Shown: positions 28,801 to 40,423, counted from the stretch's first letter. The stretch is 64,000 bases of DNA from Tubulanus polymorphus (GCF_964204645.1 NC_134033.1:7386655-7450654), one strand, 5' to 3'. Program-made: numbers and translations. The notes: generated by a model not told the origin, from the letters alone.

Positions 28801-30934
28801 TAAAACAAGAAACTTACCTTATTGCCCAGAACATTTAACTGTAGATGATAGTTATTTAAGTGAATACCAGAAGAAAATAAAACCGAAAGATCATGTTTTT
28901 ACAGAAAAATTAATACTTACTCAAAATAATAAATACAATTATATTGTTCATTATAGAATGTTAAAATTTTATCTAAAACAAGGAATGAAATTAAAGAAAG
29001 TACATAGATATATTGAATTTAATCAATCGAAGTGGTTAGAAAAATATATAGATTTCAATACTCAACAGAGAACCATATCAAAAACAGATTTTGAAAAAGA
29101 TTTCTTCAAATTAATGAACAATAGTTTTTATGGTAAAACATGTGAAAATATTAGAAATAGAAATGATATTGAATTAGTAAATAATTCTGAAAGATTAAGA
29201 CATTTACAATCAAGCCCCAGACATTTACAAAATAAAAGATTTGAAGATTATTTAACAGCAGTAAAATTAAAAAGAACATCTATGAAATTTAATAAACCAA
29301 TATTTATAGGTTCAACTGTTTTAGAAGTTTCAAAGCTATTGATGTATGATTTTTATTACAATGTATTACAACCATTGTTTGGGGAAAAACATATAGAAAT
29401 TCTATACTTCGATTCTGTAACAGCTGACACCCCAATATTATTAAAATACAATAACCAAATATTAATTAGAAGAATTTCAGAAATAATTCCTAATCAAAAT
29501 AAATCTTATATTTCGTATGGTGAAAAAGAACTAATACAAATAAATGGATTAATGGATGTTTGGACAAGAAATGGATGGAAAAAATTATATAATATTATTA
29601 GACATAAAACAAATAAGAAAATCTATAGAGTTAGAACTAAATTAGGATTTGTAGATGTTACAGAAGATCATAGTTTAATTAAACGAAATGGTGATGAAAT
29701 AAAACCAACTGATATAAAAATTGGAGATGAATTATTACACAACAGATTTTACCCAAGAATGAATCATATGTCATTTGATGAAATAATTGATAATATTTAT
29801 AATATAGAACCCGAAACATTAGAAGAAAAAGAATATTTTATCAAAGGATTTTTCATGGGTGATGGTTCAGCAGGTGTGTATAATTATGTTAGTGGAACTA
29901 AATATTGTTGGTATTTATGCAATCAAGACTTAAAATTATTAGAAAGAATTAAGAAATTCTGTGAAGAAGTTTATTCAAATAAAACATTCAAAATCATAGA
30001 TGTTATGAAATCATCGCAATGTTATAGAATACATGTGAATAATCCTAAAGATTTTGCTACAAAATATAATGATGAATTCTATATTCATACAATAGTGAAA
30101 AGTAATACTTCAACAAAAGAAAAGATAGTTCCAGATTATGTATTGAATGCAAAAAATAATTTAAGAAAATGGTTCTTCATTGGATTCTATGCAGCAGATG
30201 GTACTAAAAGTTTCAAAAACCGCAAAACAATATCTTTAGCTCAAAAAGGAAAAGTTGCTATATCAGGATTAAATATATTATGCAATTCATTAGGTTTTAA
30301 TATGAATATTGGATTGATTAAATCTAAACCAAATTGCTTTAATTTAAGCCATGTAGAAAAAGATTTAACTGAAGAAGTTAAAGATTTATTTGAAATATAT
30401 AACCCAACTGACTATGTTTATGATTTATCAACAGATGATGGAACATTCAATTCTGGGTTCCCATTAATCCAAAAAAATACTGACGCCTACATATTAAAAA
30501 TCAAGACAAATGATATAACAAAAGACTTAAAAACATTGAAACATTATTTCGACTTTAGCAATTACCCTAAAGATCATGAATTGTTTAGTAATGATAATAA
30601 AAAGATTCCTGGTAAGTTTAAAGATGAATTAGGAGGTGATGAAATGATTGAATTTGTTGGGATAAGAAGTAAAATGTATAGTTATAGAACAAAAGATCAT
30701 GAAGCTAAAAAGTTAAAAGGAATAACAAAACATGTGGTTGATAAACATATAGAATTTCAAGATTATATAAAGTGTTTATATAAATCAATTGTAATGAAAC
30801 ACAAAATGAATTGTTTAAGATCAGAAGATCATGAGATGTACATTAATGAAGTTGAAAAAACTAGTTTAAATCCATTTGATGATAAAAGGCATATTTTAGA
30901 TGATGGTATAAAAACATTACCTTATGGCCATTAA
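25868..30934 (+). pseudogene. polB: pPolB (zinc fingers, OTU-like protease, exonuclease with EndoVII/HNH-like insert, polymerase, intein) with one premature stop
   Basis: Single frame with TAA at 28631-28633, where copy 1 has TTA in YIDANNLYG. OTU-like NEDNKCFLWS...HY, ExoI GDFE, EndoVII-like CCYC...RDHNH...AHENCN, motif B KLMNNSFYGK, motif C LYFD/TDA split by the intein. Confidence 0.95.
29414..30478 (+). other. 355-aa intein with LAGLIDADG homing endonuclease
   Basis: Starts SVTADTPILL after YFD, block B VTEDHSL, GFFMGDG and GFYAADG, block F YVYDLST, ends IQKN followed by Thr+1 (TDA). Confidence 0.95.
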
Positions 30935-32232
30935 AACATAAAATCAATATCATCATACTCGAAATCACTATTGGCTTCTTCATTTTCATTTAATTGTTCA
31001 GGTTCTTCTTCCATTCCATTTTTCTCATTTAAATAAAGTTCTATCTTGTTCCACATTTCATCTCGCTCTCTTTGTTTCTTTTTGTTTGTTAATTCATCAA
31101 ATGGAATTATAATATCTAGGTTTAAATAATTTACAATCTTATTTAAAAAGAATTCATAATTTATTGAATCTGTTATTCTATTTTCCAAATGATACATTAA
31201 TATTTGTTTAAATATTTTTTTTATATTTTCCATATCTTCTTCTGTTAATTTAGGTTTTTCATAATAATCGTTAAATAATAAATATAAATACATTTTCTTT
31301 TCTTTTGTGTTAAATGTTGGTGGAATAATTGTTTTTATAATATCTTTTTTAGTTATTTCACCATTTTTATTTTCTATTATTTTCATTTTTTCAAGCCATT
31401 GTATATATTCTGGTGTATGATCTTCTATAGAAAATATTTTAAAAATTTCATCAAGATAATTTAATTTTGGATCTATAAGAAAATTTCTAGTTTTTTCTTC
31501 ATCCCATAAATTCTTTTGCCATCCACAATCAACACAAAATAACACAGTACCTTCTTGTCTTAAGGTCGCATAACTACATTGTGGACATTTTCGTTTATAA
31601 TTTATTGGTAATAGATCTTCATTAAGCTCTTGGTATTTTCTTACGTTTTCTTTATGTTTTATTGTTCTATTATGTAGATTTGAATTACTTGTTGTAATAA
31701 TCAATTTACAATATTTACAATAATATGTTTTTCTTGTTAATTCATTATATTGTTTTTCTAACTTTTCAACTGTTTCTTCATTATCTGGTAACGTTTTCTC
31801 ATATTTTATTTTTTCTAATAAATTATTTTTTCTTTCATTGAATTCAGTTTCAAATTTATTAGAAATTTTATCTATATGTACTTTACGAAATTGATGATTC
31901 TCCCAATCTTCTATATTTTCAGGGCTATATTTTACTAGACAAGGCTCGCAGAAATGATCTTTTATATTATCCTTATCATAGAATAAGAAAGGTCTTTTCC
32001 AAATAACTTCAGGTTCAACTTCAGCAGAATTACTATCAACATTAGCCATTGCGCCATTAATTCTACACTTCTCTGAATGTTTTTTAACATAATTTCTTGA
32101 GAATAATTGATTACATTTTGGGCAGTTTATTTTAGGGGGTTTATAATTTTCATCATGTTTTTTCATATGTCGAGCCTTATTACTTTTTCTTAGAAGTTCA
32201 CCACAAATTTCACATGCTATCTTCTCTTCCAT
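30931..32232 (-). CDS. Multi-zinc-finger protein with C-terminal VLTF3-like (poxvirus/NCLDV late transcription factor 3) domain
   Basis: N-terminal CxxC...H fingers, zinc ribbon CPQC...CVDCG, C-terminal PKLTEE..IF..I...INYEFFLNKI...D.MWNKI resembling the remembered VLTF3 consensus. Confidence 0.6.
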   Translation of the reverse strand: MEEKIACEICGELLRKSNKARHMKKHDENYKPPKINCPKCNQLFSRNYVKKHSEKCRINGAMANVDSNSAEVEPEVIWKRPFLFYDKDNIKDHFCEPCLVKYSPENIEDWENHQFRKVHIDKISNKFETEFNERKNNLLEKIKYEKTLPDNEETVEKLEKQYNELTRKTYYCKYCKLIITTSNSNLHNRTIKHKENVRKYQELNEDLLPINYKRKCPQCSYATLRQEGTVLFCVDCGWQKNLWDEEKTRNFLIDPKLNYLDEIFKIFSIEDHTPEYIQWLEKMKIIENKNGEITKKDIIKTIIPPTFNTKEKKMYLYLLFNDYYEKPKLTEEDMENIKKIFKQILMYHLENRITDSINYEFFLNKIVNYLNLDIIIPFDELTNKKKQRERDEMWNKIELYLNEKNGMEEEPEQLNENEEANSDFEYDDIDFMF

Positions 32233-32300
32233 TTATTTAAGAAAAATTTTATTAAAATTAATTTTTAGTGATGAGCGGTAATTTCTTTATGTTATAAATA

Positions 32301-33059
32301 ATGGTAGAATTAAAAGAATACAGAATATTTATAGATTCTAGAAGGCTTACAAATTATAAATCACATAATTTACTAGTACAATTAGATAGAGAATTTAAGA
32401 ATTGTGTAGATTTAAAATTAGTTAATATAAGTTTATGTAATTCTTTTTACAATATATCGAATAAAACTATTGAACATAATACTTTTTTAATTCATATTAG
32501 AAGTATAAATAAATGGTTTAATCTATTTCTAAGACCAGGATTATATAATTTAGAAACATTATCTCAAGAAATTAATCGTAGAGCACGATTAAAACTAAAA
32601 AGTGAAGATAAATTTTTAATAAGAGTTATAAAAAGTGATAGTTCTGGTAAAATTAAAATAAAGTTAGATGATGAAAACAAACATGCATTTATGGTAAAAA
32701 AACCTATAGCTAAATTGCTAGGAATTGCACCAGATATTGTTACAGGAAACGTAGAAGGTATTTCAAATATAATACCTTTTACACACTTTTATATTTATTG
32801 CAATTTAATCGATCCTACAAAAACATTCGAAGCAACTTAAGATATAACTTGTAATTCTGGTTTACTAAACATTTTACCATTGAAGAATGTTAAAGAATTT
32901 GGAACGCAAATAAATTATAATTTAACAGAATGTGATTTCAAACCATGCATTCCTCGTTTTAATAATTTTAGATTAGAAATTAGAAATCATAATGGATACT
33001 TAATTGATTTAAATAATTTCCCTGTAATTTATGAATTAGTTATAAGATGTAAAGAGTAA
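32301..33059 (+). pseudogene. Minor capsid protein (penton, single jelly-roll) with in-frame stop at 32838-32840
   Basis: Motifs PGLYN..L..EIN, LLGI, IYCNLID. The frame continues after the TAA to ...LEIRNHNGYLIDLNNFPVIYELVI, typical of Polinton pentons. Confidence 0.7.
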
Positions 33060-33075
33060 TTTTTTTGATATATAA

Positions 33076-33417
33076 ATGAATATAACTGTTGGACCGAGTA
33101 TATGTTTTGGATTTGATTTTAAACATGCTAAAGAAATGAGAATTAAACTAAATGATGTAATTACTGATATAAAAAGTAAATCATTTAACAATGCATCAAT
33201 GATTGATAAAGAAAATTATAATATAGAAAAAGTAATTGATTTAATTAAATCACCTTTAGAATATTATGAATTAAATGAAGATGGAATTATTGATGATATC
33301 AAAAACATATTATCCAAAATATATGATAATCATAAAACTAGTAATGAAATAAATGTTGAATTAATCATAAATAAGTTAACTAAATATTTTGAAGATAGTA
33401 ATTTTTTTGATAAATAA
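33076..33417 (+). CDS. Polinton hypothetical protein (113 aa)
   Basis: ORF with the element-wide ATAAATG start context. Confidence 0.65.
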   Translation: MNITVGPSICFGFDFKHAKEMRIKLNDVITDIKSKSFNNASMIDKENYNIEKVIDLIKSPLEYYELNEDGIIDDIKNILSKIYDNHKTSNEINVELIINKLTKYFEDSNFFDK

Positions 33418-33639
33418 ATGAGTGATAATAAGTGGATAATAACTGGATTATATAATGGCGCATTACTATCAGTTGGAACTGTTGGTTATTCAATGGTATT
33501 AAAAAAAGTATTCAAAATGGGAAGTGTTAATGTTGATAGATTTGATATAAATGATATTTTAAAGTTAACATTAGCAGTTACTTTATCTAATTTAACTATT
33601 GATTATTTGGAAAAACAAAAATATATTCCTCCCATATAA
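33418..33639 (+). CDS. Small hydrophobic/membrane protein (73 aa)
   Basis: ATAAATG start, two hydrophobic segments. Confidence 0.65.
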   Translation: MSDNKWIITGLYNGALLSVGTVGYSMVLKKVFKMGSVNVDRFDINDILKLTLAVTLSNLTIDYLEKQKYIPPI

Positions 33640-33663
33640 ATGCGTAATTTTTTTGTTAAATAA

Positions 33664-34086
33664 ATGGCTTCTGCAATTATAACTATTATAGGATCGGCAA
33701 TTGTTAACGCTTTAGCATTTACTGGTGGTGGTTATTTATTTAAACATATTGATAAAAATAGTTCATTAGGAGAACAAAGAAGACATAATTTAGCGTTAGA
33801 GAAATATAATAAAGCTGCAGAAGAATATAGAGAAAAGAGACAAAACTATATGGATTACATCAATAAAGAATTATATGATCAGAAGATTTCACATAGAGAT
33901 TTTCAATCAGTTGACGATGCAATGAGTTTATATAACGCAGTAACAAATAAAGAAAAATTACATCTATACAAACCTAAATTATCAGATTATTATACCCCGA
34001 GTAAAGAACAACAGAAATATGAAATAATTTAGATTTTAGGTGGAACTGTTATTGTTATATTTGTTGCTTATAAGTTTACTAATTAG
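33664..34086 (+). CDS. Membrane-associated Polinton protein, probable premature TAG at 34030-34032
   Basis: N-terminal hydrophobic helix and coiled coil. The frame continues after the stop into a TM segment ILGGTVIVIFVAY. Confidence 0.6.
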
Positions 34087-34105
34087 TAATTTTTATTCTA
34101 AATAA

Positions 34106-34540
34106 ATGGAAGATAAAGTTGATAGTATTGATATTATTCCTCATGATATAAATAAAACTAAATTAAAAATATATTTAGAAAAACAAATATTAGAATTTGA
34201 AAGTGACTTAAAGATAAAAAAGAAAAAATATTTAAAAAGTAAAATTATATATTATTTGATTATAAGTGGTTCGGTTACAATTAGTTCTGTAATAACATTT
34301 CTAGCAATATTCAGTCCATTAACACCTTTAGCTATATCAATTGGTGTGTTAGGATTAAGTTCAAGTGTTTTAACTGGTATAAGTTCAAAATTAAATATCA
34401 AAAGTAATAAAGAAAAAATAAAATCTAATATAAAAGAAATTAATAAATTAAAGAACACACTAGATTATATAATAAGTTTAAATGGTCATATAACAGTTGA
34501 AGAACAAGATAAATTATTAAAAGAATTAATAAATTATTAA
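34106..34540 (+). CDS. Two-TM membrane protein (144 aa)
   Basis: Two adjacent hydrophobic helices flanked by coiled coils, ATAAATG start. Confidence 0.7.
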   Translation: MEDKVDSIDIIPHDINKTKLKIYLEKQILEFESDLKIKKKKYLKSKIIYYLIISGSVTISSVITFLAIFSPLTPLAISIGVLGLSSSVLTGISSKLNIKSNKEKIKSNIKEINKLKNTLDYIISLNGHITVEEQDKLLKELINY

Positions 34541-34556
34541 TTTTTTAATTATATAA

Positions 34557-35939
34557 ATGGTAGATAGTTTTCCAAAAGCTTTCCAATATAATAAATCAAT
34601 TAAATATAATATTCCAGCAATAGATTTTAATAAAGATATTACATATAGAAATGAAGTTTTAGATTCATTAACTAATTTAGAAATTTATGTTACTGAAACT
34701 AATAATTTTAATGCAAAGATGGAAAATATATTTCATGTATATTTGATTAATTTTAAAAAATTGAAAGATGAAAAACAATGGTTATTAAAATCTAATATGA
34801 AGTATTGGCAGAACCAATTAAATTTTGCTGTTTATTGTGCAACAACAGGATGTGGAATTAGTTGGAATGATCATTTGAATAATTCTAAATATAAACTAAT
34901 TCAAAGTTTATTTAGATTTCATACATACTTTCAAATCAGAATAATATTAAATGAATTAGAGTGTGCTTTACCAGGATCTAGGTATTTTAAAGAATTAGAT
35001 AATAATATTAATTTATCTAAGTTTTATAACATTTGCAATGAATTTAATATAGATATAAATAATTCTGATTTTAGAATAAAAATTGGAACAATAAGATCAC
35101 TTCCTTGCCCTAAAAAGATTGCAGAATGTTGTGCACTTCCCATACCATCTAATAGTTTTTATAATATCTATAATAAAAAATTAGGTAATGGTAAAATAGA
35201 AACAAAGGATTTAGAAACATTAAATTTCAATAAATTACCGAAATTTTATGATAATTTAAAACAAGAAAACAATAATGGTTGGGTTTATTTTATTTTAGAA
35301 AATAGTGAAGGTTTTACAAAATCAGGTATAGAAAGAATAAATCAATCTATTAGAACTTATTTGATATGTATTTTAGGCGCCCAAGTTGAAACAAGATCAC
35401 CGATAATTGGAAATGATAACACTTCATTCGATACACAAAAACAATTTAAAGTTTTATTTGAAGATTCAATTCATAATGATAAAAATAGATCGATTCCAGA
35501 AAACATTATAAGATATCAAAATTATTTAGATAAATCTCATGTAAGACTTTATTATTGTATAGGCCCTAATCTATTAATTATTTCTAATGATTTAGTATTA
35601 AAGATGGGAAACATAATTGGTTATAATAATCTAATTAAAACTGCAACAATAAATAATTCATTTGGATTGAATGATATAAATAAAAAGATTATTACTGCCC
35701 CAAAATTAATGGAAGGTGAAAAAAATAAAAAACATATTCAATCAACAGAAACTAAAACTAAGAATATTAAATTGGTTAATGATTCTAAAATAAAAGATTA
35801 CAATACATCAGAAAATAATAGAACTGATAAAATTCAACATGATATAATTAAACAAAATGATGATAATAAATCCCATGAAAATACTAAATTAGCTATAACT
35901 TGTATAGGAATTGTAATCGGAGGAATATTATATTTTTAA
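34557..35939 (+). CDS. Conserved Polinton hypothetical protein (460 aa) with C-terminal TM anchor
   Basis: Long ORF, WQNQLNFAVYCATTGCG motif, hydrophobic C-terminus. Confidence 0.75.
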   Translation: MVDSFPKAFQYNKSIKYNIPAIDFNKDITYRNEVLDSLTNLEIYVTETNNFNAKMENIFHVYLINFKKLKDEKQWLLKSNMKYWQNQLNFAVYCATTGCGISWNDHLNNSKYKLIQSLFRFHTYFQIRIILNELECALPGSRYFKELDNNINLSKFYNICNEFNIDINNSDFRIKIGTIRSLPCPKKIAECCALPIPSNSFYNIYNKKLGNGKIETKDLETLNFNKLPKFYDNLKQENNNGWVYFILENSEGFTKSGIERINQSIRTYLICILGAQVETRSPIIGNDNTSFDTQKQFKVLFEDSIHNDKNRSIPENIIRYQNYLDKSHVRLYYCIGPNLLIISNDLVLKMGNIIGYNNLIKTATINNSFGLNDINKKIITAPKLMEGEKNKKHIQSTETKTKNIKLVNDSKIKDYNTSENNRTDKIQHDIIKQNDDNKSHENTKLAITCIGIVIGGILYF

Positions 35940-35961
35940 TTTTAATTTTTTTATTATATAA

Positions 35962-37388
35962 ATGGAAGTAGAAGGTGTAGAAGATATTGGAATGGATCCT
36001 TTTGATGAACCTGGTATAACTGATGAACAACCACCTGATTTTGATGAAACAAGTTTTAATGATGGTAATGAAACAGCATATAATTCTAATTTAACTACAC
36101 CTCAATATATTGACAAAACACGTTCAAAGATAAGTATTGAAAATGAAGTACCAGAAATAACAGAAAAAGAATACAATTATAATGAAATTATTCATGAATT
36201 TAAACCAAGATTAAAAAGATCTGGTTTCAATATAACAAATAAAGGTATGGATTATTTAGTAAAAGATTTAAAATATTTAAATGGTGATTATTATTGGAAA
36301 TTGAAAGGCGACTATTATTTTAAGATTTCAAATCTTAAAAGTAGCGATAAAATAATAACACAATCAACTTTTAATTTATTTAAACCAGATAGAATTAAGA
36401 AAATCATTGATGATGTTACAACTGATGTTACACAAGAAGAAAGAGATGATAATATAAAAGAATTTAAACAAAGAAATGCTAAATTTTTTGATATAATTAA
36501 TGCAAATTTAAGACAAAAAAAAATTCCTAAAGAAGTTATTAATTCCAAAACTAGTAAACCTAATTCAAGAGAAGTTCAAACTGAAAAACTTTTACCAAAT
36601 GGATTACTTGATGCAACAAATCAACAATTAGAAGATTTAGATATATTTTCTGATAAAGCAATTAGAGAAATTATTAGTATAAGAAATGAAGCTGATAAAA
36701 TTGCGCATGATAAAAGTATAAGAGATCAAAAAATTAGAACTTTAGAAAAAGAATTAACTGATAAAAATAAAGAAATAGAACAATTAAAGTCTGATTTAGA
36801 TCATCAAGTAATTGATGAAATAGAATATAAGCAAAAAGAATTACGTTTAGAAAAAGAAATAGATGATTTAAAATATATAACATAGAATTACAAAAAAAAG
36901 AAATTAAATTATTATTAAAATCATATGATTATAATATTGATAGATTAAAAGATGTTTTTAAAAGATATCTAATAAAACCAGATTCTAGAATATCATTGAA
37001 AGATAGAATAAAATTATTATTTAAGTTTGAAGGAATAACAATTCTTTCAATTCTAACAGCTGTAACTATGTTATTTACAACAATTGGTTTAGCAATATCA
37101 AATGCTTTGAAATCTACTCCTACTCCCAATAAACCGGATAAACCTCCAGGTAATAATTCTATACAAGATAAAGTTAAAGATGGTTTAAAGAAATTAGCAA
37201 AATATTTATGGGAACTATCAAAGAAATCTGCTGCAGCTTTACCAGGAGTTATTGCTTCAATTGTTGGTTTTATATTGAAATCTGCAGGAAACATTATTAA
37301 CTTTGCTGCTGAACATATTATTTTATTTTTAATTACAGTTGTAAGTGCTATTATTTTTGGGTTAGTAAACATGATAAAAAATAAATAA
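35962..37388 (+). pseudogene. Coiled-coil protein with C-terminal TM segments, frameshift near 36880
   Basis: ORFs 35962-36885 and 36996-37388 join through a single frameshift. The second ORF has no ATG start context of its own. Confidence 0.65.
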
Positions 37389-37408
37389 TTAATTTTTTTG
37401 TTAAATAA

Positions 37409-38656
37409 ATGAGTGGGAGTTATATAAGTCCTTCTAAGATTTCTAGAATATCTAATGCTATTAAAGCAGAAAGATCACATCATATAATTACTCATAACCC
37501 TTCAAATATTAATCCTGATGAAACTTTATACGTTAGAATCCCTCGATTAACACAAAATACTTTTTATGTTCCAAATAGTATTTATTTATTTGCCGATATA
37601 AAAGTAACCGGTAATAATAATAATTATGTCGTTGATAATGTTGGAAGATATTTGATTAAAAAGTTAACAATAAAGATTGGTCCAGAAACAGTTTTCTCAT
37701 TAGATGATTATAATTTATTTATGCATTATAAAGATTTATGGTTAACTAAAGAAAACAGAAATAATATGATATTTCAAGGAATCCAATCAGAAAACCAAAA
37801 TAAATTAAGATCAGAAGCTAATAGCGCAATATTAACAAATGATGTAGATAAATTGATAAAAAGTATATATGGAAGCAAATATAAAATTCCATTAGACTTT
37901 GAATTGATAAATAATAATGCACCTTTATATAAATACGCAATTCAAGAAGATATTATATTCGAGATAACATTTGCTCCTGTAAATGAAATTGTAATATCTA
38001 GCGTTAATAAAGATATGAGTTATAAATTATCGAATATATGTTTAGAATATGATACAGTAACTGATGAAAATATTGCTAGAACAATTCAAACTCAATACAA
38101 TCAAGGATTTTCATTATTATATGATTATATTGATAAATTTAAAACTGTAACTATTAATGCAAATGATGAAATAATAAATGAGAATATTAACTTTCCTAGA
38201 AGATCTATTAAAGGTATATTAATATTTTTTACTATTGGAACGTATACTAATGGCGCAATAAATGTTGACAATTATTATAATCCTGAAATAACAAAAGTAG
38301 AAATAACTATCGAAGGTATAGCAAATAAAATATTTTGTCAAGGAATGAGAATGATTGATCAATGGGTAGAAATTAAAAAACATTTTATGAATGAAAAAGT
38401 AAAATCATTTGAAAATTGTAACATTAATCAAATTGATTATTATACCGGTAATAAATTTGCATTATGGGTAGATTTTAGAACAACTGAAGATAATTCATTA
38501 CATGGTTCTGGGAAAAAATTACAAAATACAAAAGATGGGATCCAATTATTTATGAAAAAGAAAAAGGGAATCAAAAATTTTAAAATGCATATTTATATTA
38601 TATCTGACGCACAATTAAATATTGTAAATTCACAATTAGATAGTATTCAATATTAG
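37409..38656 (+). CDS. Major capsid protein (double jelly-roll)
   Basis: 415 aa, beta-rich, placed before integrase/ATPase. THNPS.I.P.E.L.VR.P and LWVDFRT.ED..LHGSG motifs recalled from adintovirus-type MCPs. Confidence 0.75.
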   Translation: MSGSYISPSKISRISNAIKAERSHHIITHNPSNINPDETLYVRIPRLTQNTFYVPNSIYLFADIKVTGNNNNYVVDNVGRYLIKKLTIKIGPETVFSLDDYNLFMHYKDLWLTKENRNNMIFQGIQSENQNKLRSEANSAILTNDVDKLIKSIYGSKYKIPLDFELINNNAPLYKYAIQEDIIFEITFAPVNEIVISSVNKDMSYKLSNICLEYDTVTDENIARTIQTQYNQGFSLLYDYIDKFKTVTINANDEIINENINFPRRSIKGILIFFTIGTYTNGAINVDNYYNPEITKVEITIEGIANKIFCQGMRMIDQWVEIKKHFMNEKVKSFENCNINQIDYYTGNKFALWVDFRTTEDNSLHGSGKKLQNTKDGIQLFMKKKKGIKNFKMHIYIISDAQLNIVNSQLDSIQY

Positions 38657-38686
38657 AAATATAAAGTTAAAATTAAGGATATATAA

Positions 38687-39814
38687 ATGAGTGGTAAAAA
38701 AACTCCTAATACTAAAGAACAATATTTAAGAAATTTATATTACAACCCTGAGAGTTCGGTTGCTTATTCTTCTACTAAAAATATATGGCGTAAAGTAAAA
38801 CAAGATAAATTAGATAAGATAATCCCACAAAATTTAGTTAAATACAAAGATATAAATGAATTTATGTTAGAACAACCAACATATACAACACATAAAAAAA
38901 TTGTTAGAAAATATAAAACTCGTAAAACTATGGTAAGTTATGTAGATCAACAGTGGCAAGGAGATTTAATTGATATGAAAAATCTTAAAAAAGATAATAA
39001 TGATTATTGGTGGATATTGAATATAATTGATATTTTTAGTCGTTATGTATGGAGCTTCCCACTTTATAGAAAAGATGCTGCACAAACATCACATGTTTTA
39101 AGAAAATTTCTTTCAGGTGGTAAACTAAAACCAGAAAAAATTCAATTTGATGATGGAAAAGAATTTGATAATTCATTAGTTCATGGACTTTTAGATTTTC
39201 ATAATATTAAATATTTTTCAACAAAATCGGATAAAAAAGCAGCAGTTGTTGAACGATTTAATAGAACATTGAGAACAAGAATATCAAAATATTTCACAGC
39301 AAATAATACTTATAAATGGATTGATGTTTTACCAAAATTTATAGAAGGATATAATAATTCTTATCATTCTTCTATTGGAATGAAATCTATTGATGCTAGA
39401 AAACCTGAAAATGCTGAAATTGTTTGGAATAATTTATATGGAGCATTTCTTGTAGATGATTTTGGTGAACCTAAATTTAAAGTTGGTCAAAATGTTAGAA
39501 TTTCTAAGTATAAAAAGATATTTGACAAAGGATACGATCGAAATTTTACTAGAGAAATATATAAAATAAAAAAGGTAATAACAACAAAACCATATGTCTA
39601 TAAATTAGAAGATTTAGATGGTGAAGAAGTTGATGGATATTTTTATGAAGAAGAATTAAGTTTAACTACTGAAAATCTAGAACAAGAATATAAAATTGAA
39701 AAAGTACTAAAAACAAAAACTGTTAAAAGAAAAAAATATTCTTTAGTAAAATGGGTTGGATGGCCAGATAAATTTAATGAATGGATATTATCAAGTAAAA
39801 TTAAAAATATATAA
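38687..39814 (+). CDS. Retroviral-like (rve) integrase with C-terminal chromodomain
   Basis: DDE triad WQGDLID / FDDGKEF / VERFNRT, chromodomain YKIEKVL...LVKWVGWP..FNEW. Confidence 0.93.
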   Translation: MSGKKTPNTKEQYLRNLYYNPESSVAYSSTKNIWRKVKQDKLDKIIPQNLVKYKDINEFMLEQPTYTTHKKIVRKYKTRKTMVSYVDQQWQGDLIDMKNLKKDNNDYWWILNIIDIFSRYVWSFPLYRKDAAQTSHVLRKFLSGGKLKPEKIQFDDGKEFDNSLVHGLLDFHNIKYFSTKSDKKAAVVERFNRTLRTRISKYFTANNTYKWIDVLPKFIEGYNNSYHSSIGMKSIDARKPENAEIVWNNLYGAFLVDDFGEPKFKVGQNVRISKYKKIFDKGYDRNFTREIYKIKKVITTKPYVYKLEDLDGEEVDGYFYEEELSLTTENLEQEYKIEKVLKTKTVKRKKYSLVKWVGWPDKFNEWILSSKIKNI

Positions 39815-40423
39815 ATGAATAAGGAATTATTCATATTTGAGCCTCATAATATGTTAATTTCTGGTGTAACAAATTGTGGAAAAACTTATTTTATATTACA
39901 TTTATTAGAAACTGTTTATGAAAACTATTTTGATAATATAGTATTATTTTTTCCAACATATGAATTTAATCAAACTTATGATAGAAATATTACTAGAAAT
40001 AATAAATTTATTATATTAGATCCTAAAACAGTAAAAGAAAATTTAGATAATTGTATAAAAATAGCAATTGATATTTATAAAGGATCAAATACATTATTCA
40101 TTATAGATGATTGTGCTAATCTACATGATTCAAAAGTTAGAGAAAGTGAGTTATGTTATTTAGCTTTTTCTGGTAGACATTTTGGGATAACAACATGGGT
40201 TTTAAATCAAAAATATAATTCAATTGTTAAAGACTTTAGAGAAAACATTAGATTTCTAGTTTTATTCTACAATAAAGATAGAAAATCAATGAAAAATGCA
40301 CTTGAGGAAAATGATATTATTCCACATGATTTACATAATGAATATATGGATAAGTTGAAAAATATTAAAAGATCAAAATTACTATTTAGATTACAACACC
40401 CATTTAAATATGAATTTATTTAA
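39815..40423 (+). CDS. A32/FtsK-like DNA packaging ATPase
   Basis: Walker A GVTNCGKT, Walker B FIIDD, GRH and Q motifs. Confidence 0.92.
   Translation: MNKELFIFEPHNMLISGVTNCGKTYFILHLLETVYENYFDNIVLFFPTYEFNQTYDRNITRNNKFIILDPKTVKENLDNCIKIAIDIYKGSNTLFIIDDCANLHDSKVRESELCYLAFSGRHFGITTWVLNQKYNSIVKDFRENIRFLVLFYNKDRKSMKNALEENDIIPHDLHNEYMDKLKNIKRSKLLFRLQHPFKYEFI

Noticed and set aside
28631-34032. Stop-codon reassignment or readthrough explaining the in-frame TAA/TAG in Polinton genes
   Set aside because: Copy 1 has TTA at the polB site, TAA/TAG terminate the intact genes normally, and frameshifts co-occur. Mutational decay or sequence error is simpler.
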